Source: Amoebophrya sp. A120 (lineage: Eukaryota; Protista; Dinoflagellata). From it: 64,000 nt of DNA. Numbering within the stretch: position 1 is the first letter of the stretch; every line of letters starts with the position of its first letter. This document shows positions 23,175 to 34,933 of the stretch, in pieces. Both the position numbers and the translations under genes were made by a program. A model generated the notes under the pieces. The model did no database searches. It was given only the letters and a program-made list of their open reading frames with translations, and was not told where the DNA came from. The stretch covers positions 6,667,860-6,731,859 of the forward strand of contig CAJINV010000001.1 in the NCBI GenBank assembly GCA_905178155.1, in the 5' to 3' direction.

Positions 23175-26100
23175 CTAGCCCGAAACCAATGAAGTAGGTG
23201 AAGCGTCTCCACCGACCACCATCCGCCTCACTAGCACTCGCTCTTTAAAAATGTTCGGCCCGGGCCAGCTCTTCATGTACATGTCAGGAGAGGCGGCTGA
23301 CACGGTGTGCTGTTGGGTCTTCCTCGAGGGGCGCTGTGCCACCTGCTGCAGCTCATGTAAGATCGTAGTAATGGGCGTGCGGCACCACGGACCCATCCGC
23401 GTTTTCCGAGCCGAAGCCGTAGATTTTGACGGTGCGGCAGGCCTGCAAAGCCAGGAAAACCCCGTTGACGCCCTGCTTTGGCATGGTCCCCCGGTCCAGG
23501 TTGCGTACATGGTCAAGCGCAACACTTTCCAACCAGGCGGGACTGAGAAAGCGCACGTCCTTGAATTTGACCTTGTCCCGCGTGGGGTGCGCTACGTTGG
23601 AATAGGCACAGCACGGGTTCGGCGTCTTGATGAAGAATTTCTTGGGCCGGTGCAGGTGCGACAGCCACCAGTTTACGTCCGGCTCCTTGTAGAGCGTCAC
23701 TAAGACGATGGTGGCCTCCAGGTCTTGCTTCGGGATGATCCCGCCACAAATTTTGGACCAGTCCGTCGCGCCGCCCATGGCCTCGGGGTACAGAAACCGG
23801 AAAGTAGTTTTGCTCCCGACGTCATCCTCGAACCCAACCTGTGTTGCAGCTGCAAAAAAAGTGACGCAGCGGTATGTCACGAAGGCGCGAATGTTACTTC
23901 ATCTGTAAAAAGGAGAAGCACTGTTTGTGGCGCTCGAGACCGGATTTTCCAAGGGACAGCAGGGTCGGAAAGCCCGGAATATGTGAGCGAATTCACAGTC
24001 ACTTTTCGATCATACAGGTCAACTGACGCAGCACAAAAGGCTAAGTGCGCCCGAAGGTTTTTTTGATCGCGAAGAAGTAAAGGGAACAGAAGGCAAAACA
24101 TTGTCAAGAGATGAAGCGCGGTGCGCAGAATGATTGTGCGGTCGGTCAGGTCAACAGGCACAGCTTGGAGCGCAATCAATGCCCGTTGGTTTTACCGACC
24201 ACATAAGCTTGTTGTAGCAGCTGTTATCAGTTCACTCGCTTATGCGAAAAAAAGCTGAGCGAATAGTTCACAGTGCGAAGGGGAAGGCAGAATCCAGAAG
24301 CGGAAAAAGAACGGCGATTTTGTATGATCAGACAGGTCAACAGATGCAACTGCGAGTTATGAAGAACTCCCAGTTATACCGCACCCGTTGGTTTTTCTGA
24401 TCTTGTTGCTTTAGCAAGTCCGATATCAATTCAGAGGTCTATGAAGGAAGACGGACCAAACAGTTCTCGGTGCGGACAATCAAATTTTCGGTCGAGGAAA
24501 ACACAAATTGATAAATTGCATTTATACCGTTGGAGCACATGAAAAGCGAAACACCGCTTCCTGTGAGTCTATTTCGGGCCCGAGTGCACTGCCCTCGAGG
24601 TTGCCGGAGCTGCCGACCACGGCACATGATTCGTAAAGGTACTTGGTAGACGGCGCCGAATGTTTTTCGATTACGCATCCCTCCCCCGGGGTATCGCCGA
24701 TGAGACCGACTATGCTAGTCGACGGTGCGTCTTTACCGAACCACTTCTCGAGGATATGGTTGCGCGGGGTCGTCCACCCCTGATGCACATTGGATTTCGT
24801 TAAGAAAGGACACACGTCTGTTTCGAACGGCTTGTCTTTGTCCGTGTGCGGCGACCCCGACGAATTCTGATCTTCACCACCGGATCCAGGCTCGCAGGAC
24901 TTGAAGGGCTTCCCCGTCCGTTTTTGGGCGCGGTCCGGGCCAGCGAGGCAAAACCACCGCTCGAGGGCGTCTCGGTCCACAGTTACCTGCCTTTGGAATA
25001 CGAAATGCAATTCGCCTCAAGAGTGGTTTTCGAGGAACAGGAATTGCAAAATTTAAATTTAAATTTAGCATATAGGAGCTTTAAGGTTAGTCAAGGGAGC
25101 TCAGGATCGTTTGCATCTACAACCATCTGGTTTCAAACCATACAAGGATCTCATTCTGGGACATGATAGACATGAATTGAACGTAGCCTCCGACGCCAGT
25201 CTGGTCGATAGGCGAAGTGGCACCTAAAGACTAGGCGCCACCTGCACGGCGACACAAACAGCTTTAATGGCGACGATTTTCTTTTTGGAAGTTCTACGGA
25301 GCGACCCTACGCATGTAGGGCGTAGCGCGCTGATGCGAATGCGATTCTTCCGAGATGAAAGAATTTGCGTGCTTGGTGCCAATTGGAGACTTTCTTGCTC
25401 TTCATTTTAGCTGCTGGCGACAAAGAATCAGAAAGAACAACTCAACCGATCGCTGTCGATAAGCATAACATTCTGACTTCATGAGGTTGACACTATCGCT
25501 AAAGCAAAGCGCCGCGATCAGCAAGTGAAGGCAAATTAAGGGGCTTGAAAACAGTATCTATTGAATACAAGATGAACAGCCTGACACTGCTTACCTTCGA
25601 ATGTTCCTTGTGATGGTACTTCTCTTCGTAGACCAATCCGTAGTTATTCTTCAGCTCTTTGTTGTATGTTTCGAGCTCCTGTGGGGTGTATAGGGCTTCT
25701 GCAACTTCCCTCCGTCGTTTCATCTTTCTCTCGTGCAGCAGCTGTGCCTCTGTTGGAGCGGCGGATGTAGTCATTCCCTCCGATGATGCTTCAGGAACAC
25801 CTCCTGGCACGAGGACGCCAGCTCCTGGGAGGTGTTCATCAGATGATACCCTACTGTGCGCATATTGCGTGGCCCCCGCCGGTGACAAAGTAGAAGTGCT
25901 TGTTGTGGCTGTCAAGGACTCGCGAGGCAAGACGTCGTCCTGCTCCTGCGTAGTAGAAGCACGCACGCTCCCTTCGTCCGTCGTTGGTTTACTCGTCGCA
26001 CCTCCACCTCCTCCGCGTAAGCGCTTTGTATCCACTGCAAAAGCATCGCACTCGTATGAATTGCAGGTATGCATGACAAATGCAAATCTGGCTTCCTACC

Positions 26101-26550
26101 CAAATCTGCATTACAAATTCCAATTTTCTTCCTGATAAAATTTGTGATGCGATTTAAATTTATACTAGTACGATGGCGATACTTTTGCAATGCATACTTT
26201 GCTAGGGGTAGCGATAGCAGCACGATGCCACCCTCATCCACCTCGCCCTGCAACGAAGGTGGATCCCCCACCGGCGACAAGGCAGAGAGCAGATCAGTCG
26301 GAAGCAAGATGCCGTGCACAATGACCAGCCACACAAGCGCAAACAGCCCCGAAAACAATGCCCCGCACGCGACCCATAGCGCAACCCGCTTCGTCAGGGC
26401 CTGGCAGAGCGAAGGAGCACTCGCAGCAGTGGGCGAATTTTTGTCGTCCTCTTGGTCTACTTCTCCGAGAGCTCGGCGAACTGGTATACCACGGGTCGCG
26501 CCATCGGTTGGCAGTATGACACCGCCTGACGAGGGAGAGTTCCAGCGCAT
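23175..26550 (-). CDS. Glycosyltransferase family 29 (sialyltransferase-like) type II membrane protein
   Basis: N-terminal TM ([23 protein letters not shown]). Sialylmotif [34 protein letters not shown]|[12 protein letters not shown] is split by GT-AG intron 23839-24527. Motif [24 protein letters not shown] and motif III HYYD are present. Other introns: 24987-25594 and 26064-26197. The 3' end is unresolved. Confidence 0.85.
26064..26197 (-). other. Short introner-family intron E4 (predicted GT-TG)
   Basis: Ends GTATGCAT/ATGCATAC. Shares GCATTACAAATTCC (26108-26121 = 8975-8988) and AAATTTGT(G/C)ATGCGA with E1. Removing 134 nt joins the TM exon to ORF 25499-26074 in frame. Confidence 0.65.
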
Positions 26551-27089
26551 CACCGATCGCAATAAGCAAACCACACTAGCAAAGCGAATTGAATTACGCG
26601 AACTGAGTTGCGACGAGGAAACCCAAAGACACTGCAGACCAACTTGTACTTACTATGGCTGTGCCGCACACGAGCAAAATCCCAGAACAATGCCTCGGGC
26701 GAATAATGTCGCAACCGGAACTGCGATGCTCTTGCATGAACCTTCATGCTTTAGATTTCTTCGAACTTCTTGTCAGTATATTTCATTCTGGTATGGGATG
26801 GGGTATAAGATTCTCTAACGCTACCAAAAGGATGAAAAAGTATGTGAGGACGACTACGTGAAAATCGAAGACCAATATCTAAGTGGTCTTCTTTCCCGAA
26901 GTCATCCTATTTTGTCTCTCACGCAAGCGAAAGCGCCACATGTGAGAACGTCTGTTGTCGTTTGAAAATACTTAATAACGTATTTCGTCTACTCTCGTGT
27001 CAGTCGTGCAACGAGTAGCGGGAGACTAAAGTAAAGTCTTGACGACGGATGATCGTTAATAGTGATGTTCAATTTCTAAATTCTTGGTT

Positions 27090-29495
27090 TTAGCCTGCTG
27101 AACTGCTAATTGCCTGATTATCGTGAATATCCTTCAACGAATGCGGACGGTTCGGAATTCTCTTCAAGGAACGCGAACTTTCATGAGAAAGAGAATGTCT
27201 GTTAAACATAACATCTTCATCGATGTCTAATTTAGATAAAGGTTGATACCAATCTGAATCATCCACCTTGAGCTCAAGCCCGGCCTTCCAGCCCTCGCTG
27301 TTATCCGACGTCGCATGAAAGGCCGAACGCGGCGGCGTTGATCCGGGGGTAACATAACCGGGATTGCATTCCGTGCTGCCTTCTCGGCTTGGTAGAGTGT
27401 CCCCCGGAATGGGGTGTCCCGTCGTCGTTAGGGCCAGCTTTGCTTTTTCCCCGCGGTTGAGCCGGGTCAAAACGTGCTTCTCCCAGACGGAATCTACCGC
27501 TTTCTGGGCCTTTGCGACCTCCGCAAGTGCCGGCTTGAGTGTATTTTCGATGTCGCTCTCCCCTGTCAGGTCGCGTTCCGCCATGAATTGGCTGATCTTA
27601 TACGCCCCTTGCAGCATCCGCGCCGCCTGATCGCGCTCCTGCTGTTGCTCCATTGGAAAAATTTGCGAAAGGACGCAGTACAAAGGTATCATGTACGTCT
27701 CGAGTTCCACAATCTTCTCATTCAGTCGCGAAACCAAGGCATTTGCTTCCTGTTGTCGCACGTCCGTCACATCCCGCTTGTCCTCTTCCACCTGCTCATT
27801 GCATGATTCATCGTCCGATCCTAGGATTTCGAGCGGTGCAAGATCGCCGAATTGTTCTTTGCCCGTCTTACTGCTCCTCGAAGACCCGAAACTTCTCTCG
27901 GACCGCTGAGGTGACACGGGCGAGATTGGAAGAGATACGCCCCTCTTCGCCGGAGAAGCTGGAGAGAGCGACAACTCGTCGTCTGTGAGCAATGCCGACT
28001 CGGTGGCCGGAACGACGGTCGACACTGTCGCAGATGAAGAGTGTCGGCATAGGCTGGGCTGCTTGAGCGGGGATCCTGTTCCGTCCAGCGGCTCCTCTTC
28101 GGGCTGAAATTCATCCTGCAGCACCACCGCACCCGGTTCGGCACCTGGCTCTTCGCTCAGCACCGAGCTCGCAGGCGAAACATGGCGAGAAAACGACGAA
28201 CTTCTGCTCTCAAACGGTCCTGAAAGTCCCACTTCTGCAGCTTTGACTTCTTCACTAGCAGGAGGTGTGATCACAACATTTTCTTCGTTAATACAGGAAA
28301 GCTGTTGAACCCCTGCGCGCGCCGCACGGCTCTTGGAGGGAGATCTACTTGAAGAAGAGGCGGACCCGCAAGAGGACCCGCGTCCTCGACCTCGTCCTCG
28401 TGCAGACGCAGTAGAACGCCGTCGAGGCGAAGTACTAGAGCGCTTCGGCTTCGAGGACTGGACTGTCGTGTGTGGTGCATGTGGATGTGCCTCTGGGGAA
28501 CGCGAACGACTTCTTCGGCCCCTGATTTTATTCTGTGAACCGGCTGCGTGCGTTCTGTCTTGCTTGAGCTGCGGCGGGGAAGTTTTATTTCCAACGCCGG
28601 CAACGGGATTCGCATTCGTCCAACCCGCTGGCATACTGACTTCTTGCTTCTCCGGCGACTGAACCGCAGTTCCGGTGGTGCCGAACATTTCCGCCACCAG
28701 CGATTGTGCCGCCCTCGCCAGCAACTTGCGGCGAATCTCTACTATGGGACCGCGGTTGTAGTACCTTTCTTCCTGGCGCCTCCGTTGCCGGTCAAGGTTG
28801 TTGTAGTCGCTACTCCACAGGCGGTTTGCAGCACGTAATCCTCTCTTCTTCGGACCCGGAGACGGCGCAAGAAGAAACTCGTCCAGAGTCTCCAGCTTGA
28901 GCTTCCCCTGCTGTGTCCTTGAATTCTCTCGTACGGGAGCAGCCTTCTTGGTGCTTTTTTTATTCTTCATGTCACCCGGTCGCAGGGTTGATTTTCCCCA
29001 TTTTGCCATGCCAGATGTTTTGCGGAGTTGCTGTTCCTTTTCAACCACGTCAGCTACTTGCTTCGCCCACGCCTCACGATCTTCCAGTCCCGCGCGTGGC
29101 GGGGGTAGTTCGTTCTCCGCACGATCGAATTCCGCTTGCAATTCCATGAGATCAATGAGCGGGCATCTCCCAGCTTCTTTCTGACGACCCGTTGCCGTTC
29201 CAGCGGGCTGGGCGAAAAGATCCTCCACGCCCTGCATCTGTGCAACTTTCACAAGGGAGTCCGTCTTTTTTTGTAAAAACGGGCCAAGAACTTTGCGCCA
29301 GCACGGTTCTGCAACGTTTCCGTTTTGATTTTCCTTGTCGTCGGCATTCTCCAGGGCCAGGCAGCTGGACGCTACATTTTTGTGATTCAACAAGCCGGAG
29401 GGCGTCCTCGGAATGGCAACAGCAAAGCTACGGGATACGCTGTAGAGAAGAATGAGAATGACATTTTTCATTGCCGCAGCAGTAGAAAAATACAT
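27090..29495 (-). CDS. Hypothetical protein with possible signal peptide and Ser/Arg-rich disordered middle
   Basis: 801 aa single ORF; MKNVILILLYSVSRSFAVA is signal-peptide-like. No recognisable domain. Confidence 0.7.
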   Translation of the reverse strand: MYFSTAAAMKNVILILLYSVSRSFAVAIPRTPSGLLNHKNVASSCLALENADDKENQNGNVAEPCWRKVLGPFLQKKTDSLVKVAQMQGVEDLFAQPAGTATGRQKEAGRCPLIDLMELQAEFDRAENELPPPRAGLEDREAWAKQVADVVEKEQQLRKTSGMAKWGKSTLRPGDMKNKKSTKKAAPVRENSRTQQGKLKLETLDEFLLAPSPGPKKRGLRAANRLWSSDYNNLDRQRRRQEERYYNRGPIVEIRRKLLARAAQSLVAEMFGTTGTAVQSPEKQEVSMPAGWTNANPVAGVGNKTSPPQLKQDRTHAAGSQNKIRGRRSRSRSPEAHPHAPHTTVQSSKPKRSSTSPRRRSTASARGRGRGRGSSCGSASSSSRSPSKSRAARAGVQQLSCINEENVVITPPASEEVKAAEVGLSGPFESRSSSFSRHVSPASSVLSEEPGAEPGAVVLQDEFQPEEEPLDGTGSPLKQPSLCRHSSSATVSTVVPATESALLTDDELSLSPASPAKRGVSLPISPVSPQRSERSFGSSRSSKTGKEQFGDLAPLEILGSDDESCNEQVEEDKRDVTDVRQQEANALVSRLNEKIVELETYMIPLYCVLSQIFPMEQQQERDQAARMLQGAYKISQFMAERDLTGESDIENTLKPALAEVAKAQKAVDSVWEKHVLTRLNRGEKAKLALTTTGHPIPGDTLPSREGSTECNPGYVTPGSTPPRSAFHATSDNSEGWKAGLELKVDDSDWYQPLSKLDIDEDVMFNRHSLSHESSRSLKRIPNRPHSLKDIHDNQAISSSAG

Positions 29496-30205
29496 GTATG
29501 AATGTTAGTTGTAACTAGTCCAACTTCTAGGTTCTTGGTAGTGCTAGTCGTGAGTCGTTTCGACGTAGAAATTGAAATTGAAATAACAAGGGTTAAAATG
29601 AAGATGAACTGTGTTTCGACCAATACTTGGAAAACGAAAACAACAACAGCTCCTAAATTAGCGGTGCTCGCTTTTTTGATGTGATGGACAATCAATGTCG
29701 TCCTAATCCTACGGCACTACTGAAATTTCTGATGGTAGTGGTAGTCGAAGTGCGGAGATTTACTAGAAGAATAGCAATAGTTGCTGTGCGCTATTTTTGT
29801 TCTTAATGTCTGTCACAACCGATGATATGAGAAATTGAAATAATCGCAAAAAAATTCTAAAACGCGCGACCGAGTCGGTGTATAACTGACACGGAGGCTA
29901 TTCTAATCAATTCTTTCCGGATCGTAGTTGAATACCGATACAAGAAGCGAAGAGATTGAAATCGAAATGTACTTATTCCTGTTTGACAAGTTGTTGAACA
30001 AATTTGAAATTCAATGCTAGACAAATACGAAGATTCAGTCGGAGGCTAACGTCACGTTTTGCACTTCGGATAAGACGACAATATAGAATTTCCAAATTGG
30101 TAAAACAAGTCAGTAAGGTGGATCATCTTGATTTTCTAAGATGAGGGAATCTTTAAAACTACGAGGGTTGTCGATAGATTCGGTCAAGGGCGATCGCTGC
30201 TGGTT

Positions 30206-30448
30206 ATGGTTTGGTGTAAAAGTTGAATGAATTTCAGGTCACAGGCGTCATCACCGAGTGGCTATTGGTTCTCCTCCTATAGATCGCAATCACACGTTTG
30301 AATTTTTTCAATTTTGGATCTATGTATTGCATAGAATGGTTTGGTGTAAAAGCTGAATGAATTTCAGGTCACGGGCGTCAACACCGAGTGGCTATTGCTT
30401 CTCCTCGTCCTATAGATCGCAGTCACACGTTTGAACGTTTTTCAATTT
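30206..30448. repeat. Intergenic tandem duplication, 130-bp period, two copies
   Basis: ATGGTTTGGTGTAAAAG(T/C)TGAATGAATTTCAGGTCAC... starts at 30206 and at 30336. Confidence 0.9.
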
Positions 30449-30885
30449 ATGTGTCTAGTATGATCAAATTTCCGCGCATGCAAGGTAGCAACCGACCCGA
30501 GACAAAACCGCTTGAAAATGAAAAAACGCATACTCTACTAACCTTCGTCGAATCTCATCGCTCAGTTGGCAGTAGGCTGTAAATTCACTAGACCGAATGA
30601 GTACTTTAGCAATCGCGCCTTTGCGGATACGACAGGTTGCGACTCTTAACTAAGCACAGTAATTGCGAGCTTAGCACATCTAGAGCAGAGTCTGCCTGAG
30701 GTTCGCCTTCGCTCAAATTTCACTCGTAGAACGCGATAAACGTCGTCTCCAATCCACTTCATCTTCACAGGCGGTGGCTGATTCTTCGCTAATGCTACAT
30801 AATTTCATTTGATTTCTGTCGCTATTCATTTCCAATTTGTCGCTTACGCAGGATCCACATTGAGCGGAAGTGAAAAAACGCATGT

Positions 30886-31614
30886 TCACTTTTTCTTCCT
30901 TCTTTTTCCGCCAGGACCAGCACCTGATGCTTTCCGAGCCTCCATGGCTAGTTCCAATGGAGTCTTCTTCCGTGCGGCGGAAGCGGCTGCTGCGGAGGGT
31001 GATATCGCCGTACTAGACTCTCCTGTAACAACGACTGGCACAACTGCCCACGGCAAACCGTCATTCTGTGTGCTTGTTGCACCACTGTCTTCTAGCTGAT
31101 TGATTTGCGCGTCTCCCTTCCGGCTAGCTCTGGCAGTTTCATTTCCCCCGGAGGTAGATGCACGCTCCATATCAACATCCACATTCAAGTTGTTCGTCGC
31201 GTTTGAAGCAGAGGCTGGACGACTGCCGATTTTCACGGACGAGCCGAGCAATCTGCCTCCGGCAACCCCCCCTCTTCCTCGCTGTAGTAGCGACGACGAC
31301 GAGGAGGGTGAAGCTGAACCATCCAGATGATTGTTGTCGCCGAAAAACTCCTCGTCCTCTCGCCTCCGTTTTGCTATTCTCTTCAACTTTTTCTTCAGTG
31401 CCCCGGCCGCGTTTTCAAGGACCGGCTCCTCCTGTTTCTTCTTTTCCTGTTGCTCCTCGGCACGACGTCCCACTCCTTTCGTCTCGCCGCCGCCCGGTCG
31501 CGACGCGAGCTCCCGGACCTGCTCTAGTACCGCCTGGTCCGGTTCCGGACTGTCCGCAAAAAGCCCGTAGACCGCATCGGCCTCGGGATCATCACAAAGC
31601 TCGAACTGGATCAT
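30886..31614 (-). CDS. 3' exon of a hypothetical protein with C-terminal basic NLS-like tail
   Basis: 242 aa ORF ending GGKRRKKK. Upstream exons near 31760-31880 are unresolved. Confidence 0.5.
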   Translation of the reverse strand: MIQFELCDDPEADAVYGLFADSPEPDQAVLEQVRELASRPGGGETKGVGRRAEEQQEKKKQEEPVLENAAGALKKKLKRIAKRRREDEEFFGDNNHLDGSASPSSSSSLLQRGRGGVAGGRLLGSSVKIGSRPASASNATNNLNVDVDMERASTSGGNETARASRKGDAQINQLEDSGATSTQNDGLPWAVVPVVVTGESSTAISPSAAAASAARKKTPLELAMEARKASGAGPGGKRRKKK

Positions 31615-32683
31615 GAGGGGTGGGTGTTTCTGCCGTTAATATTGGAGAAGCAGGAGGTAAAATTGTAATTCTAATTGTTCCACTCTTGTGCTACTTACTC
31701 TGAGTCTCAGCAAACATGTACATGAAGATACATAAAAAGCACAGTGACTGCTCACATCCGCGATTCTTCCTCGACGGCTGTCTTACACATGTGGCTTCAT
31801 CAGGCCAGAAATCTGTTCTGTTTCGTTTCTTTGTGAAGACCATCATCGACATTGACCTTGACGAGGAAAGGAATACATTGATTGGATCGTACTAGTCATG
31901 ATGGAACCTCTAGCAAATTTACGTTGTTTTGTCCGGCCTTCGCCTTTACTATCGCCTGTCCTCATTTACATTTGCTCCAGCATGATCCGTACTCAGTCGA
32001 TTTCAGTAGTTAGTTTGACAATTTCGAGATCCAGTCAAGATCATGATATTTTCGATTTCGTTTCAAGCACTGGTCGAGATGATAAAGCCACTCACATCAC
32101 GATAGACATCTTTGCATCCACACGACAGGACTTCATTTCAGTTTGTGCTTGTTCTTCGTTCATTTTTGTTTCCTGATCGGCTCATCTAACGGATCGATTT
32201 TTTTTCCTGCTCTTGTCTTCAGCAGCGTACGAGAAAGTGAAAGAACATCATTACCATTAGTGCAGCGGCCACCGCATAAGTCATCAAGTCTGCATGTCGA
32301 CCCTGAAAGAGAGGAAGACACGAGAAGTTTCCGTAAGTTTCATTTTCTTTCATGGGGGTAGGAAAATCTTCGCCTCGAAGTCCAATAGATCCAATCAAGT
32401 TGTTGCGGCTTAAACTCTGGGAGGTAAAAGTTACGGTGCCAGGCAGTAAAAATTCCTTCGAACGGCACAAGCAGTCTCTAGAAAAAACCACACAGCAGCT
32501 CGTCCTTGCTGTATTCTCATTTTTCGTGTGATTTTGCCGACCCCTCCGTCCGAGGTTTCGTTCGTCAACAACACGATGCGCTTCTTCGAAGATGTTTTTG
32601 TCCTCAGTGAAACAGGCAAGGGAAGGTCGTGGTTTTTGTAACGGAGGCGCCAGTGATTGATCATGATCTCAGCGATGGTTCGT

Positions 32684-34933
32684 CTAGAACCGAAGCGGCA
32701 CTCGCACCATGGTGTTTATGTCGAAGAGCGCGTAGACCTCTATGCCGGTCTCGTCGAGCTTGATTCTGTAGGGAAAGCTTCTTGCTTGCCCGGTTTCCTT
32801 GTCAATCTGCGAGTCCCACATTTTTATCACCTTCCCGGGGCGCCAGATCCCGCGCACCTTGGCCTCCACAGCGCTGCCGAGCCCAAACCGCAGCTTTTTC
32901 GGTACCACGCAGTCGCGCAACCCCTTCATGAGCAGTTCCCGTGGGGGCAGGTTTTTCCCGATCAGGACCATTTTGCTGACCCGCTCCTTCTCCGGCTCCC
33001 GCCACGTGGAGGAGGTGAGAAAATTTGCATCCAACAGCATGTGCACGCCCTGGAAAACGAACTTCTCGTGGAATCCCTTGACGGCAAAAACGCCCTTGTA
33101 GCGGTACAGTCGGCTCCCGCACGTTTGGATGAGACGCGCCACCCACTCCTCCAATTTGCCGAGGAAAAACACGTCTCCGGGCTTCATCTGGATCCCCATC
33201 GTGGCCACGCGGGTTGGGTCTTCCGGCTCCATGTTCTGGACCATGTTTCGGTACAAGATCGCCTCCTCATCCCGCTCTTCATCCTCGACTTCCTCGTCCT
33301 CGATCTCCTGGTCCTTTTCCTCCGTGTCATTTTGTTTCTTATCTGCCGCTAGGTTGGCCGCACTGTCGTCCTGCTCAACCTTCTGCCGCTTCGCAGATGG
33401 CTCGTCCTCCTTCGCTTCCTCTTCGGCTCCTACTTCGGCACTCGCAGGAGCGGCTTTGCTCTTCGGAGAACGAGCGGGCGACTTGCTGATGTCTTTCTTC
33501 GCTTCTTCTGGTTTCTTGTTCTCTACTGCACTGCTGTTCTCCTGTTCACCACCAGTCGCCGCTTCATTCGAATCGCCTTCCTTGCCCCCAGCACCGACTT
33601 TGACCTTCTCGACCGTGACGAACTGCAATTTCTTTCGCGAGACCGGCGCTGCAGCAGCGGCACTTGCAGGCTTCTTGAGCAATCCCTGGTTAGTACCCGC
33701 CGCGCCACTCGCGGCGTTGTTCACGTCGGGCTGCTTTCCGCCGAACAAACCCAACGGGTCCTCGATCTTGGCCCCCTTGTAGTCGAACATCTTCGCGAAG
33801 CCGGCCGCCAGCGGGTTGCGCCGCGCCTTTTTGAAGTACTGGTCCGCGGCCCCGGCGAGGTCCGCATGCGCGGTGGGGTCGTTGGGTCCGCCCCCGTTCG
33901 GCGCGTTGGCCCAGAACTCCGCGATGCTGCTGTACTGGTCCGCAGCTTCCTTGGCGAGTTTCGAAAGTGAGAATTGCTCTAAATTAATCAGCAGTTGCGG
34001 GTCCACCTTGCCGTACCGACACTCCACGATGTCGGCGACGGAGTTCACCTCCCGCAGCTGCGCCGTGATGTCCAACACGTCGTCGCCTGGGGGCAGCATG
34101 TCCGTCTTGTTCAGCAGAATGCGGTCCGCAAACGCCAGCTGCCGCGCCACCGGGTTCACCTCGTCCGGGTTGATTTTTTTCTTCTTCTTTTTTCCGTCCT
34201 CATCCTCGTCCGCGTCCCCGTCGGCCAGCATCAGCATCGCCGGTTTGTCCTCCAGCGCCAATGCGTTCTTCTTCACGGTGGCGGCTAAATCATCGTCGTC
34301 GTCCTCCGGGTCCGTGCTGGTGGGCGCTTCCTCCAACAGCGTGCGCACGCGGGTGGCGTCGGTCACGACCAGCACCGAGTCCACGCGGCAGCGGCGCCGC
34401 AGGTCCTCGGAGTGGTAAAAGGTCTGCACGATGGCCGACGGGTCGGCCGTGCCGGAGGCCTCGATCAAGATGCCGTCCAGTTTCTCCGCTTGCACGATCA
34501 CCTGCGTCACGGTGGAAACCAGGTCTTCGCGGTAGGTGCAGCACAGGCAGTTGCTCTCCAAGCTCGTGACCTCCTCCGCGCTCTCCATCTTCTTCACCAC
34601 CAGGTCCGTCTGCAGCGTCGCCTCCCCGAACTCGGATTCGATCACGGCGAATCGGCCGCGGTGGACCGACTGCAGAATGTGGTTCAACAAAGTGGTCTTC
34701 CCGCTCCCCAGCGGCCCGCAGACGATGGTCACGGGCAACTTCAGCTTCTCCGGAACCTCGTACATCGCGAGCTTGCTCTTCGGCCCGGCATCCTGGTCCA
34801 TCTGGTCCCGGATGTCTGCGGCCTGCATCTGCTGCTGCCGCAGCTGCTGTCCTGCCGTCCCCTGCATGGTTGCGAAGTTTTGATGTCTTAGATAGCTGTT
34901 TAGTAGATTACCGATTGGTATTGCTGTTGTCAA
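32684..34933 (-). CDS. COG0523/CobW-family G3E GTPase (ZNG1-like metallochaperone) with CobW_C domain
   Basis: Walker A GPLGSGKTT, IESEFGE, CLCC metal motif, IEASGTADP, NKTD, and CobW_C LYRYKGV...FQGVH...SKMVLIGKNL. The real start is probably the ATG near 34867. Confidence 0.92.
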   Translation of the reverse strand: MTTAIPIGNLLNSYLRHQNFATMQGTAGQQLRQQQMQAADIRDQMDQDAGPKSKLAMYEVPEKLKLPVTIVCGPLGSGKTTLLNHILQSVHRGRFAVIESEFGEATLQTDLVVKKMESAEEVTSLESNCLCCTYREDLVSTVTQVIVQAEKLDGILIEASGTADPSAIVQTFYHSEDLRRRCRVDSVLVVTDATRVRTLLEEAPTSTDPEDDDDDLAATVKKNALALEDKPAMLMLADGDADEDEDGKKKKKKINPDEVNPVARQLAFADRILLNKTDMLPPGDDVLDITAQLREVNSVADIVECRYGKVDPQLLINLEQFSLSKLAKEAADQYSSIAEFWANAPNGGGPNDPTAHADLAGAADQYFKKARRNPLAAGFAKMFDYKGAKIEDPLGLFGGKQPDVNNAASGAAGTNQGLLKKPASAAAAAPVSRKKLQFVTVEKVKVGAGGKEGDSNEAATGGEQENSSAVENKKPEEAKKDISKSPARSPKSKAAPASAEVGAEEEAKEDEPSAKRQKVEQDDSAANLAADKKQNDTEEKDQEIEDEEVEDEERDEEAILYRNMVQNMEPEDPTRVATMGIQMKPGDVFFLGKLEEWVARLIQTCGSRLYRYKGVFAVKGFHEKFVFQGVHMLLDANFLTSSTWREPEKERVSKMVLIGKNLPPRELLMKGLRDCVVPKKLRFGLGSAVEAKVRGIWRPGKVIKMWDSQIDKETGQARSFPYRIKLDETGIEVYALFDINTMVRVPLRF

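Noticed and set aside
23140-23360. UGA reassignment (alternative genetic code) explaining the GT29 stop
   Set aside because: The same frame also hits TAA soon after, and other genes use TGG for Trp and end with TGA.
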